DNA from: the human T2T-CHM13v2.0 reference genome, Homo sapiens
Reading direction: 5' to 3' (one strand)
NCBI RefSeq assembly: GCF_009914755.1
Contig: NC_060925.1
Length of the DNA: 64,000 nt
Below are positions 25,350 through 38,475 of the stretch, in pieces. The notes under the pieces are model-generated. The model was not told where the DNA came from, did no database searches, and worked only from the letters and a program-made list of their open reading frames with translations. The position numbers and the translations under genes are program-made. Numbering within the stretch: position 1 is the first letter of the stretch; each line of letters opens with the position of its first letter.

Positions 25350-26340
25350 TAATTCATTCATTATTCAAGAAATATTTATTGAGCACCAACGATATGCTAG
25401 GAACTGTGCTAGCTGCTGAGAAAACAGGAGTGAATAAGGCAGACCTTGTCTTCATGGAGTTTATAGTTTAGTGGGGACAATTTATTAATAAGTGAACAAT
25501 TAACAATACTTCTGAGAAAAGTGCTACAGAAGAAATGAGTATGATGTGAGAGTGAACAACAGAGGGATGCGTTTCAGATAGGGAGGTCTGTGAAGCTGAG
25601 GAGCCTGCCATGGGAGGAGTCTGGGGAATGTTATGCCAGGCAGAGGGGAGCAAGTGAGAAGTCCCAGAGGAGGGAAAGATCTGGAAGAAAAAAAGAAGCC
25701 AAAGTGTGTGGAGCCTAGTGTGAGGTGAGGTGGTAGAGCTGGGTAGAAGTCAGGTGACGCAGGGTTTTTTGTTCACTGGATCTTCGTAGGAAACTTGGGT
25801 TTTACTGTAGGTGAGATAGGAGATACTGAAGGGGTTTAAACAACAAGTGGCATATATTTTAGAAAGATCACCCAGGATGACACAGGGAGACTGGATTAAC
25901 AAAGGGGGAAGGTGGGGAAGCAAGGAGGGCATTTAGGAAGCCATTGCACAAATCCAAGCAGAAGATGATGCTGGCTTCATCAGAGTGGAGGGAGTGGGTT
26001 TGAAGAGAAGTATGTGGGATGTGACTGATGGAATGTGACTGATGGGAACCAATGGCATAGGGATGGACATGCAGGTTCTGGACTTAGACTCCCTGGGCTC
26101 ACCAAGCTCTAACGCTAGTTGTGGGATCTTTAGCAACTTACTGAACTTCATTATCCTCAATATGTCTGTCTGTAAGATCAGATAGAGGATATCTACTTAT
26201 AGGGATATGATGAATACTAAAGTTAATACTTATAAAGCACTTTTAAAAGTCCATGGCAGAGTAAGCACTCAGTAAGCATTCTCTATTGTTAGATTTCGAA
26301 GGACTTGCTGATGAACTGAATTTGTGGGATGAGGGAAAAA
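25350..26340 (-). mobile_element. L2 3' portion with a MIR (~26065-26290) inside it
   Basis: Starts TTCATTCATTATTCAAGAAATATTTATTGAGCACC (antisense L2 end). MIR core at ~26120-26180. Confidence 0.7.
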
Positions 26341-26599
26341 ATGGAGGAAAAGATTATGTCTTCCTTAAAATTCATTCCAAAAGTTCCCAGTAGAAGTCAT
26401 TTGTCTTCTCTGTGGAGCATCTTAGAACTTTTATTTATTTATTTATTTATGTATTTTAATATGACCTCACCTTACCTCACACCCAGCCTTACGTTATAGC
26501 ATTGTGTTTGCACCTGCATATGTGTGTCTATGTATCTACATCTGACTTTTTGTGAACTTCTTAAGAATTGGGACTGTGTCTCATTCATAGTGTCTAAGA

Positions 26600-26804
26600 C
26601 AGAGATTCTCAACTAAGACAGTAGTGGAGAGGGGCAATGAAAATCATGTGTGGTTATCAGTTCCTTAGCAATTACAACCCCCACCCCAGCCCTCCTCTAA
26701 CCCAGAAGATTCTGAAACAATTGCCAGAGTGAGCCAATATTGGTTACGAGAATGCATTTTACCCCTGAGATGTTTTGGGGCAGGAAAGGTGTTGAGAACC
26801 TCAG
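26600..26804. mobile_element. Small hAT-type MITE remnant
   Basis: Imperfect TIRs CAGAGATTCTCAAC and GTTGAGAACCTCAG, with TCTA(A)GA-like flanks. Confidence 0.5.
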
Positions 26805-27000
26805 ATTCTAGACAGTTAATAATACATGTCTGTTGAAATGAATTGAGAATAGTTGTGTACTCTATGCTGTTTCAAAATTGTAGATATATAGTATTTTAAA
26901 TGATAGCAATGTTAACTGTGTCAACACTTGGAAATAATAAAGAATAATGGAATACTGTGTCAAGTAAAAAATTAAGTATGAAATAATATGTATACAATGA

Positions 27001-27345
<345 letters not shown>

Positions 27346-28809
27346 TAATTAGCGTTTGTTTCAAGTTTTACAGAATGTTTTTCTTACAAAGTTAATTAAA
27401 TACAAATCCCAGTGTTCCCTTAAGTGGCTTCTTCCTGACATCAACTCTCCAGATGCTTCTGCCAAACAGGATTCCTTTAACAAATGTGGGAACTGCTTCA
27501 GTGCAGATTCCCCTCTTGGAAATACACAGAACCCCAAATCCTGTGAGAAGCCAACTTTTTTGCTTTGTTTTTCCAAGTTGTTCTCAGATTAGTTTGGCCC
27601 CCCCAAACCCTTTGGGAAACAAAGGACACTGCTACCATTTCCAGAAGTATTGTCTGCAGAACGACCTCAGGAAAATGTGGGCACAGGGCATTCCTCACAT
27701 CCTCCTGTGCCTACCCCTTGGTGACTCTCACAGGCTATTCATGTTATCATGGATTGAGGAATCCCTGTGTTGCATGTGATACTAAAATTCGACTTCCTCT
27801 TTATCTTTTTAATCATTTAAGTGGAGTTTGGTTTTGATATCTGATGACATTTTATCAGGTAGTTCTGTAGACCTTTTTCTGTTCCCAGCCTCTCTGTCAA
27901 ATATTTACTCTAAAAATCACACTGGTAAATGCTAGAGGAGATTTGTCATTTAAATGAGCCAACCTGTAATGAATTCACTTATAAAGAGAGAACAGTTTTG
28001 ACATGTAGATAGCCACTTTCTATTTTTATTGACTTTTAAAATAATAATATAAGGAGTATATTGAGTTTTATTGGATATTTTCATGAGAAAATGTGTCCTC
28101 TGGAAGATGGACTAGGGAGGATGACAGTGAAGACTGGATATTGGACAGAAGCTCTAGGGAATACCAGGGAAGCCATGGAAATTGCTAGTTCTCTGGAGCT
28201 TGTTCAAGTTTTGAAACTATCACAAGCAGTATTATTTCTGATGTTTCACCTTTTATTTTTTTTTTCTTAAAATATATGGTCAAAATGAGAGGACTAAATA
28301 ATAGGTATAATGAATCCTATAGCTCTTATACTGCCAGATAGCTCTCCAGAGTGGTTGAACTAATTCATTATTTTATATATAATTATGTTAAGTAAATTTG
28401 TTTAACTAATTCAATCAATATGCAATACTTGTTTTAAACTGTTTTTCTCGTAATTATTACAGAGGCTGAACCTTTCCCACATGTTTTGTCACTACGTTTA
28501 CTAATCTACAAACTGCTTGCATCATTTTAATTCTTGTTAAGCTTAGCTATTTTTATGGAAAGTTATTTAATAAACTCAGGAAATAGAAATGAAAGCTGAG
28601 TACAAACTACTGAGCTTCTTCTTACTTGGACGAAAAAGAGCCAAATCAAGCTTATTGAATTGGACAGAGGCAGCCTTGCACCAACCCCAAGCCCCACAAC
28701 TCCCACCCTCTCACCTCTTACTGGAGAAGCTGCATTTAGCCAATGATCATGTCAGTCACGTTCCCTTATTATGTGCCTGGCATACAGTTGGTATTTAGTA
28801 CATAGTAAT

Positions 28810-28967
28810 GGAGGAAAGAAAGAAGGAAGGAAAGAAGGATGAGAGAGAAGAGGGAGGGAGGAAGGAAGGAAGGGTAAGAGAGAAGAGAGGAAGGAAGAGA
28901 AGAAGAAAGGAAGGGAAGGAAGGAAGGGGGGGGAGAGAGAGAGAGAGAGAAAGAGGGAGGGAGGGAG
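28810..28967 (+). repeat. GA-rich polypurine low-complexity tract
   Basis: (GGAA)/(GA)/(GGGA) arrays. Confidence 0.9.
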
Positions 28968-30099
28968 GCCTTGTATTTCCCAGAAATGCCCTAATAGTGC
29001 ATATTATTCTTTAACTCATTTAGCATTTAACAACAGAAAATGTATTGTTCTTATTTTCAAACTTTCTTATCCAGCCACATAAACTGACTGGTCCCATTTT
29101 ATGAGGGGTTTATGCGGGAGGTTCTCTAAAATTACATCTAGTTTTAAACTAATGCTGTGATCTGAAAGATATACTCCATGTAACACTTCAGTCCAAATTA
29201 GGCTAGAGATTTTTTTAAAGTATATATTTAGTCCTGTTTCCTTTCATTTCCCAAAACAAATGTATTATAGGTGTCCCTGTCAATTTTCCTCACCCCTTGC
29301 ACAGATGCGTGCATGCTCACACACCCTAAGCAATAATTCCCACTCTAGAGCCTTTGCTCCTGGTGTTTTTCCACCTAAAAGACCCTCTTCTCCCTCTGCA
29401 CTCATCTACATCCTTCCCGCCCTTCAAATCTTAAGTCGTATTTGAAGCCCTAGAATCATAAAGCTGTTGCCTGTACTATTATCTTTGCTTTATATTTTTC
29501 CTCATTCCAGGGAACTCCTCCAGTCCCCTGAAATGAAGACAGTGTGCTCCAGCTGACTGTGCCCTGGGGACTGTGTCCCTGCTAGCTTCTGATCAAATAC
29601 TCACACCCTGCATAGGTCCCTGGCTGTCCCCACCCAGGGCAATCCCCCTGGCCTGGAGCTGACGTGGCTTTGAACTCCCACGCAGAGCTGCTCTTCTGCC
29701 CTACTTCTGGATTTTACTGTAACTTGCTTAGCAGTCAGAGGTGCTGAAGTTGCAGAAAGGCCCTGTGGGTTTGCTTTTGATAGTGTTCAAATTGTTTCCA
29801 AAACTGTTTAGCATTTCCTGCCCTTAACAGGCTCCTTGAGCTCAGCTTTTGCCATTGTCTGTCCTCCCTGGGCTCCTTTTCCTTATTTTTTATTCCCCAT
29901 TTTGACTTTCCCCATTCCATTTCTTTGTTTCTCTTAGGTCATTGATTCATTGCAATCACCCAAATCTCCCCTGCCTTTCTTCCCTTTTTTTTTTTTTTTT
30001 TTTTTGGTCACTATCACGTTTTTCTCTCTGGCATCGTGACTGGCATTGTCCCTTATTTCTACTATTGAAGTAATAAGTTTTTAGGGAAAACAGTTTCAA

Positions 30100-30305
30100 G
30101 CAATTTAGCAGAATTTTTGATTTCAGACTGACCCTGACTTCAAATCTGACCTCTGACCCTAGTTTAACCTTTGGTGAATTACTTCCACTGTTTTGAGTCT
30201 CAGCTTTATCCTCTCTTACAGAGGCACCATAAATTCTGACTTGCACAAATTGGGAGGATACATGAGATCATTTATAGGCAGTGTTTGATGTCACAGTAAA
30301 TAATA
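30100..30305 (+). mobile_element. MIR
   Basis: TTCAAATCTGACCTCTG...GAGTCTCAGCTTTATCCTCT. Confidence 0.55.
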
Positions 30306-30468
30306 TTCCTCATCCAATCTATTTCCTGCCTTCTCATGAAGAAGTGACTCCATTTTGGTGCTGATTGTTAGATTTCCACTCATTCATTTATTCAATCAAT
30401 ATCTGCCCATTTATTGTGTGACAGGCACTGAGGTAGCATTGGAAACACAGTGATAAAATGTGCTAGAC

Positions 30469-30669
30469 CAGGGATCCCCAAGGCCCGGCCATGGCCGGGG
30501 CACCAGTCTGTAGCCTGTTAGGAACTGGGCCACTCAATAGGAGGTGAGCAGTGGTGAGTATTCCCGCATTAGATTCTCATAGGAGCATGAACCCTACCAT
30601 GAACTGTATGCGAGAGATCTGGGTTGCGCTTTCCTTATGAGAATCTAACAAAAAGGTTGGGGATCACTG
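30469..30669. mobile_element. Internally deleted MER1-type hAT-Charlie element inside an L2 end
   Basis: TIRs CAGGGATCCCCAA and TTGGGGATCACTG. 8-bp TSD-like TGCTAGAC / TGTGAGAC. Internal inverted repeat TTAGATTCTCATA...TATGAGAATCTAA. Confidence 0.85.
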
Positions 30670-31504
30670 TGTGAGACAGTGTTGCCACTCTTACAAAGCT
30701 TATAGTCTAGTGGAAGATTCAGATAAGTCCACTAGCATTTCGCTCCCCATTTTTCTCACCCCTTCTTCTGTGAGGAAAAGCTCAGTGAGGGCATGCTTCT
30801 GTGTGTCAGCTACTGCGCTTCCTGTCAAAGGCCCAAGAAAATGCCTCTCACCCTCAAGGAGCTTCAGCCTCATAACTGATTTATGTGTCAGATAGGGTGA
30901 TAATCCAGTGGAAGAACTGATCATTTCTGCAGAAGACGGAGAAGAGAAGAGAGGGTGTTGCGGGAGCCTCACTGAAGAGGCGGGATCTGAAGGGACGGCT
31001 GGTGTTGTTCTGGGTGATAGAGGAATGAGCCACAGACCTGGAAAGTGACAATTTGAAATGATGTGACTCCCCTGGGAAGTTAGCTCCAAGGCATTTAGTC
31101 CTGCTGGTGTGAAAGCAGCAAGTGGAGAAATGAATGGTAAGGAAGGTGCTGGATAGTCCTGAGAGGCCTTGGATGCCATCGCTGGGAGTTTGATTGCTTT
31201 CTGAAAGTGCAGGAGAACCATTGAAGTACATACAGAAATGTGAGGAATCTAACTCCTCTAACTCTGTGAAGAAGGAAAGGAGAGGGAAGACACAGCAGGC
31301 AGGGGGCCTAGCAACTAGGATGCCATCTCCCTTTAACAAATGAGGAAACTGCAGTGTAAAGAGGCCGAGTAACATGTACAAGGTCATAAAGCATCTTTAA
31401 GGGGCAGAGCTGGGATTCAGATCTCTGTCATCTGACTCTAGAGTCTGTATTCTAGCAATACTTGATTAAGTGAAAATACAATAGTAAAGATCATGTAAAC
31501 CAGA

Positions 31505-31650
31505 CATCTTAAACATTAGCATCATCGGTACCCCCCTGGGCTTGTTAAAGCACAGATTTCTGATTCCCATCCACAGATTCTGATTCAGCAGGTCTGAGTG
31601 CTGCCTGAGAATCTGCATCTCTAATGAGTTCCCAGGTGATGCAGATGCTG
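31505..31650. mobile_element. MER5A fragment
   Basis: GATTCTGATTCAGCAGGTCTG...GAATCTGCATCTCTAATGAGTTCCCAGGTGATGC. Confidence 0.8.
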
Positions 31651-33894
31651 AAATCATAGGAAAAACATCACACAAGACTAGAATTTAGCAACAGGTGTAC
31701 TGTAGTTTTTGAAAAATAATTTTTCTTTCTCCAGTTTCCCATTTTTATTAAAAGACAAATCATGGTAGGACTGGTTTGCGTTATTACACTTGGCCTAATT
31801 ATTTGTATACAGTGCTGCAAGAATAATTATTTTTCACATAGGCCTTTTATATTGTCTTTGATAGAACTTTGTTCTATAGAAGGAATCCAAGATAAGATCT
31901 TTTTAAAGATGAACCCAGCCATGGATTTCTACCATCAAATACCTATGAGTTGGGTGAATTCCTCTCCTCTTGAGGTTCCAAGATAACTTGGGGTTCCTGG
32001 CCTGTCAGAAAGTGACATTCTATATTTACCACAGATCAGAAACCCTATACAGGGACTGTGTACACAAAATATGAGGCCAGGTTTCCAAGGGCTTTATTGG
32101 CTCCATAAGTTGTTTGATTCCTTAAACAAGAGCATACCATTCCAGTGAAAGCCTTGTTAAAATAACCAGGTGTTCCAATTGTGACATGTTACAAAAGAAA
32201 ACAGATTTTTATTGCACTTATGCAAATAACTATATTGCCATAAATTAAGAATACTCACAGATAGTTTCCAAATTCTAGAGGGACAAGGCAGAGAGAAACA
32301 AATATGCTCCAAATTTTGTTCATAGGAGTATACTTTACTTAATTGTTAAAATCTGTTAATAGCACAAAAGAAAAGCTTCCTTGACTCTGAAAAGAAAAAC
32401 AAAGGATCAGGAACATTTTAAGCAAAAAGTCAAAAAGATCACTTCAATCTCCTATCAGTTCAGTTCATGCAGTTAATTCCCATCCTGCTTGATATTAATG
32501 AATATTTTAGTTCTTCAAGAGTACTGAATGTTTTTCCTCTATTCTGATGTCACAATCTCCAAAGCTATTAGAAACCTGCATTCAAGAGCACCTTCTAAAG
32601 AGGACCAAAACAAGACAACAATTGACAGGGAAATCTGTTACCTCTGTAGCACACAATAATTTAACATAACAATTATAGTTATTACTGATAACATACACTA
32701 AGACATATCAGAATGATAGGAGTTTCACATGATTTTGGGACACATACCAATAACATATTTATACAAATATAGCCTAAAGAAAACCAAACACCATCTCATA
32801 TTTGACAATGCTTTCTGTACGATTTTTATACCAAATAAGCCAAATTTCACCTTTACATTAGTATGCTATTAATGTTAAACCCAATTCTTAATAAATCCTT
32901 ATAGATATATTTACTCAATTTTAATGTTTGACCATAAAGTAAGGTTTTTGTAGATCTTTTATAATCCTTTACAATTTTTGTTAAAGAGCAGGTTAGTGCT
33001 CTGAGAGAACTCCATTGTGCTTTTATTTTAATGCTCAATTTACAGAAAAACTGGATGATACTGCTTTAACTCTAACCAATATGTTTACACACAGAATTTC
33101 CTTTACAATCTACCTTCCACAACTTGCTTAAATCTTCATCTGTATTTTATCCACTTAAAACAATCCTTTAACCTTTAAAAGGCAAAAATCCACATTCTCA
33201 TGCCTCCTTATAATCTTTTAACCAAAAGAGTGTTTTACTTTCCTTACACACCTTGCATGTAAACTGTTTCTTCAATAGTCTTAAATACATGTTACACTGT
33301 TAACTCTTAGCAACCTTTACTTATGGTGAAAACCTTGGTAAGTCTGTGATTTAATTATGTGCTAGGTGTGGAGCCTAGGACCCAGACGAAAGTAGATAAG
33401 GTCTTACTTATTCCAGTGTCTAACTCCATGTGTCCCAGGCCTTATCTAGAATTTAATACTCCAAAATAAATTCACAATTTTTAAGTCAAAGAAGCAGTTT
33501 ATGACCTAAAGCATTTAGCAAACCTAATATTTTACCTGCATAATTTAGACCAAATGTTTATACTTTTGAAGATATTTTAATTTTACCAATAGTTTTTAAA
33601 ACTCTTTATTTTTATCACTTTCTTTATATCTCTCTTATATATTTTCTGATTTCTTTTACCTTGTTTTATATATAACCTTTAAATAAGCTTTGAATTAGAC
33701 AAAAATTACTTGCCCTTTAAAAAGGGCACAATTTTTAGAAAGAATATTTTCCTACAATATATTTTTATTGGGAAACACCCAAATAGTGACAAGTTTGTTT
33801 ATGAGTATTTATCCCATTACATTTATCTAATTATTTGTTTTAATTGTTTACCTAGATTATTTATGAAAATTGCAAAAGTCATCATGTAAAGTTA

Positions 33895-34115
33895 TAAAAC
33901 CACCATTGCAAAATTATAACTCAGACAGCGAAAATGATCTGACCTAACTGACTCCATCTTGCTTCTAACCTCCAAGCTATTCTTGTTCATTAACTTAGTT
34001 TATACTTTAGCACCGAAACAAAGATGATAACAGTCATCTTTTTTGTTCCCCAGAACAAACTTCCTTCATGTTTGTGGACTAGGCTGCCTAAGGCCACAAG
34101 ATTAGAAGTTAGGGT
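33895..34115 (+). mobile_element. LTR8-like 5' fragment embedded in the ERV internal region
   Basis: CACCATTGCAAAATTATAACTCAGACAG...GACCTAACTGACTCCATCTTGCTTCTAACCTCCAAGCT resembles the start of LTR8. Confidence 0.7.
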
Positions 34116-35500
34116 ATTTTACTAAATAGTTCAAAATGTAGCTATCTTCATTAAACCAATATTACTGTTTCATTTATTAAAAAATTACACAAGCAAAGAT
34201 CATTCTGTTTTGGGCTGAGTTACAGTTTTGTAGCCCCTATATCAAATACCTTATAGTATTTGGCAGAGATAAGTATGAAATTCCTTGATTGATAACTGCA
34301 AACAAAAATGTATGCTAGCAACTCTTAAGATATTTTTAATATTACTTTACCAATAATTTTTAAAGCTAGCTTATTTATTAAAGATTTTACTTAAGTCACG
34401 TAAACTTGAAAAAGCATTTGACTAGTCTTTCCTTTTTTCTGTTAAAGTATTTAAGTGCTTTTATTTTTCTTTGAGCCAATTAATTAGAACTCTTTTATAT
34501 ATTTTCAGTAGTGAAACATGGTGTGCACAAGACATATACATAGACATATTAGGCATGCCAATAGAAATACATTTTATTGATTCATAAGACCTCCTTTTTC
34601 CTAACTGGATCTTTGAGATCTGGGCAGGTCCCACACTGAATCCTGGGTTTTCAAAAAGGGAGAATTATTACGAGGCTAGACCATGTGATGCTTTTACAGT
34701 GCGCTCAAATTTTTTTCATAAACAAAGACATTTCTAAGTGTCTAAATTACACTTAATTTTCTTAAAAACCCTAGAGTAGCTTTTGTTGTAATAGCTATTA
34801 ATGAAGAAAACAGAATTCAGTCAACTGAGAAGAAAAAAAAAAAGTTTGCTCAAAAAGACAAGGTCCTAGGAAAGAAATAAAAACAAAAACATGAAGGCCT
34901 TTTAAATACAAACATGCACGCATGTACACGTACATACACATATCTTGGATGTTAGCTTTAATTAAGCTGACTTTTAACCAATGAACTCCTAAAAAAATAA
35001 AATTCCTTCCTAGAGGCCTCTCAGCAGGAATGTACCCTATAACTCCCATTTTCAAGTTTACATGGTATCAAAAGATTATTCCTTTTGATATTGGTCTAAA
35101 TTATTCCTTACACAAACAAGTGGAGACAAATTTTGAACAACACAAGGGGGAGTGCACTCAGGCAAAACAGACTCAGAACCAACTCAAAACCTGATCTCAA
35201 TCAAAATGCAAAGCAGATATATGAGAGAGCCTTATTGCTTCCCTTGGCGGTATCAGACAAATGGCTTACCAAGCCCAGATAGGAAACAGTAGGCTCCTAG
35301 CATAGAATCTGGTTAACTCACCCTTTGAGCGCATCTGCTCCTGATCTCTGTTTCTCCTCAGTAGTGAAAAGGACATGCAGATTTGCGCACAACAGCCCTC
35401 TGGAGGGTCCCGGGGGAAACCTCACCCAGCAGCTTCTGGGATCCTCCTGAAGACTGTCTCATAGCAAGTTGCCAGCCGCTGAATGCAGCACTGTCCTTAA

Positions 35501-35518
35501 TTCCTGGCTTGTGTGCCA
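35501..35518 (-). other. Degenerate primer-binding site (tRNA-Arg-like)
   Basis: Minus-strand TGGCACACAAGCCAGGAA versus the tRNA-Arg(ACG) complement TGGCGAGCCAGCCAGGAG (13/18), lying 2 nt after the LTR. Confidence 0.6.
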
Positions 35519-35520
35519 AA

Positions 35521-36158
35521 TTTTTATCCCGGATCAAACTGAGGGTCAGGCTGCTATTTCTCGCGGCACAATAACAAGATGCAGATGAACTGGGGAGGAA
35601 GAGAGTTTTTATTTCTGTAACCGGTTATAGGGAGAAGACCTGGAAATTATCACCAGACCAACTCAAAATTACAGTTTTCCAAAGCTTATATACCTTCTAA
35701 GCTATTCATCTACATGTAAGTATGCATTCATCTAAAGACATAAGTGATTAGCTTCTTTTAATCTATAACTAAGGTCTGAGTCCTGAAGACCTTCCTCTGG
35801 AGCCTCAGTACATTTACTTAATCTAAATGGGTCCAGGTGCTGGGGTGATTGCCCTTATTTTGTCTCCTGCTAAATCATGTAGGTTTGAGGAGTTCCTTCA
35901 GACCCCCAGTAAACTTGTTTGTGGAGGTCTGGGGAGTTTCTTCAGACCCACAATAAAACTTGTTTAATCCTAAATGGGTCCTGTTAAGAATTCCTTCGTT
36001 ATTTTGTCATGCTTTAAGGCCCAGGAAAGGCCTAAGCCAAAATCTTGGTGGGGTTTTTTTTACATCCCAGCCTTTGTATAAGGGCACTGGCTTTTAATAT
36101 TTAACTTAACCCACTCAGTCAGTACTGAAATAGTTGTTAGTAGACCTGGCCTGCCACT
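35521..36158 (-). mobile_element. ERV1 5' LTR (MER49-like; subfamily uncertain)
   Basis: Minus strand starts (T)GTGGCAGGCCAGGTCT. It has an internal tandem CTTCAGACCC...AAACTTGTTT, an AATAAA in R, and a PBS immediately downstream. Confidence 0.8.
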
Positions 36159-36829
36159 GCATGAATTACGAATTGGAGGAAAGAGATAAATCAGAGATAA
36201 CCCAATTCCCTGCCCTCAGGGCAGAATACAGACCAAAGGATTTTCCTTGGTCCTCCCTCCTGACAGTTTCATCCTTCATGCATATTTCTTATTTTCAAAT
36301 TTTGTGCTCTTTTTCCCCTCATTTTTTCTTCTATGTTTTTCTTATATAATTCCTTTTTTAATCTTTAACTTGGGTTAATTTATATACCCACATTTTTCAC
36401 CTTTTGAACCTTTTACCTCATTGATAGAATTTTTTAAAATCTTAACCTTTTATATCCGATACATTAATTTTTTTATTTTTTATTTTACTTTAAGTTCTGG
36501 GATACATGTTCAGAATGTGCAGGTTTGTTACATAGGTATACATGTGTCATGGTGGTTTGCTGCACTTATTAGCCTGTCATCTGGGTTTTAAGCCCCACAT
36601 GCATTAGGTATTTGTCCTAATGCTCTCCCTCCCCTTGCCCCCCAACCTCCCACCCCACCGACAGGCCCCAGTGTGTGATGTTCTTCTCTCTGTGTCCATG
36701 TGTTCTCATTGTTCAACTCCCACTTATGAGTGAGAACATGTGGTGTTTAGTTTTTTGTTCCTGTGTTAGTTTGCTGAGAATGATGGCTTCCAGCTTCATC
36801 CATGTCCCTGCGAAGGACATGAACTCATT

Positions 36830-38455
36830 CTTTTTTATGGCTGCATGGTATTCCACGGTGTATATATGCTACATTTTCTTTATCCAGTCTATCATTGATA
36901 AGCATTTGGGTTGGTTCCAAGTCTTTACTATTGTAAATAGTGCTGCAATAAACATACATGTGCATGTGTCTTTAAAGTAGAATGATTTATAATCCTTTGG
37001 GCATGTACCCAGTAATGGGATTGCTGGGTCAAGTGGTATTTCTGGTTCTAGATCCTTGAGGAATAACCACACTGTCTTCCACAATGATTGAACTAATTTG
37101 CACTCCCAACAGTGTAAAAGCGTTCCTATTTCTCCATAGCCTCACCAGCATCTGTTGTTTCAAGACTTTTTAATGATCACCATTCTAACTGGCGTGAGAT
37201 GGTATCTAATTGTGGGTTTGATTTGCATTTCTCTAATGACGAGTGATGATGAGGTTTTTTTCATACGTCTGTTGGCCACATAAATGTCTTCTTTTGATAA
37301 GTGTCTGTTCGTATCCTTTGCCCACTTTTTGATGGGGTTGTTTCTTTCTTGTATTGTTTAAGTTCTTTGTAGATTCTGGATAGTAGACCTTTATCAGATG
37401 GGTAGATTACAAAAATTTTCTCCCATTCTGTAGGTTGTCTGTTCACTCTGATGATAGTTTATTTTGCTGTGCAGAAGCTCTTTAGTTTGATTAGATCCCA
37501 TTTGTCAATTTTGGCTTTTGTTGCCATTGCTTTTGGTGTTTTAGTCATGAAGTCTTTGCCCATGCCTATGTCCTGAATGGTATTGCCTAGGTTTTCTTCT
37601 AGGGTTTTTATGGTTTGGGGTTTTATATTTAAGTCTTTAATCTGTCTTGAGTTAATTTTTGTATAAGATGTAAGGAAGGGGTCCAGTTTCTGTTTTCTGC
37701 CTATGGCTAGCCAGTTTTCCCAGTACCATTTATTAAATAAGGAATCCTTTTCCCATTGCTTGTTTTTGTCAGGTTTGTTGAAAATCAGATGGTTGTAGAT
37801 GTGTGGTGTTATTTCTGAGGCCTCTGTTCTGTTCCATTGGTCTATATATCTGTTTTGGTACCAGTACCCTGCTGTTTTGGTTACTGTAGGCTTGTAGTAT
37901 AATTTGAAGTCAGGTAGCATGATGCCTCCAGCTTTGCTCTTTTTGCTTAGGATTGTCTTGGCTATATAGGCTCTTTTTTGGTTCCATATGAAATTTAAAG
38001 TAGTTTTTTCTAATTCTGTGAAGAAAGTCAATGGTAGATTAGTGGGAATAGCATTGAATCTATAAATTACTTTGGGCAGTATGGCCATTTTCACGATATT
38101 GATTTTTCCTATCCATGAGCATGACATTTTTTTTTTTCCATTTGTTTGTGTTCTCTCTTATTTCCTTAATCAGTGGTTTGTAGTTCTCCTTGAAGAGGTC
38201 CTTCATGTCCCTTGTAAGTTGTATTCCTAGGTATTTTACTCTCTTTGTAGCAATTGTGAATGGGAGTTCACTCATGATTTGGCTCTCTGTTTCTCTATTG
38301 TTGGTGTATAGGAATGCTTGTGATTTTTGCACACTGATTGTGTATCCTGAGACTTCACTGAAGTTGCTTATTAGCTTAAAGAGTTTTTGGGCTGAAACGA
38401 TGCGGTTTTCTAAATCTACAATCATGGTCATCTGCAAACAGAGAAAATTTGACTT
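36830..38455 (-). pseudogene. Disrupted 3' half of L1 ORF2 (from the FADD motif onward)
   Basis: [12 protein letters not shown]...[38 protein letters not shown]; multiple frameshifts. Confidence 0.92.
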
Positions 38456-38475
38456 TGTTGTTTGGTCTTTATATT

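Larger units (their letters stand above)
31651..35520 (-). mobile_element. ERV1 (MER4-group) non-coding internal sequence, 3'-truncated
   Basis: AT-rich text resembling MER4-group internals. Contiguous with a primer-binding site (PBS) and an LTR. No gag/pol ORF and no second LTR. Confidence 0.75.

Noticed and set aside
28810-28967. Polypurine tracts (also 41210 and 56930) as functional triplex or G4 elements
   Set aside because: These are common simple repeats, with nothing beyond base composition to suggest function.
29984-30005. Other long poly-T/A tracts (also 8324, 46877, 51652) as poly(A)-only insertions
   Set aside because: Unlike 7315-7367, they have no flanking direct repeats.
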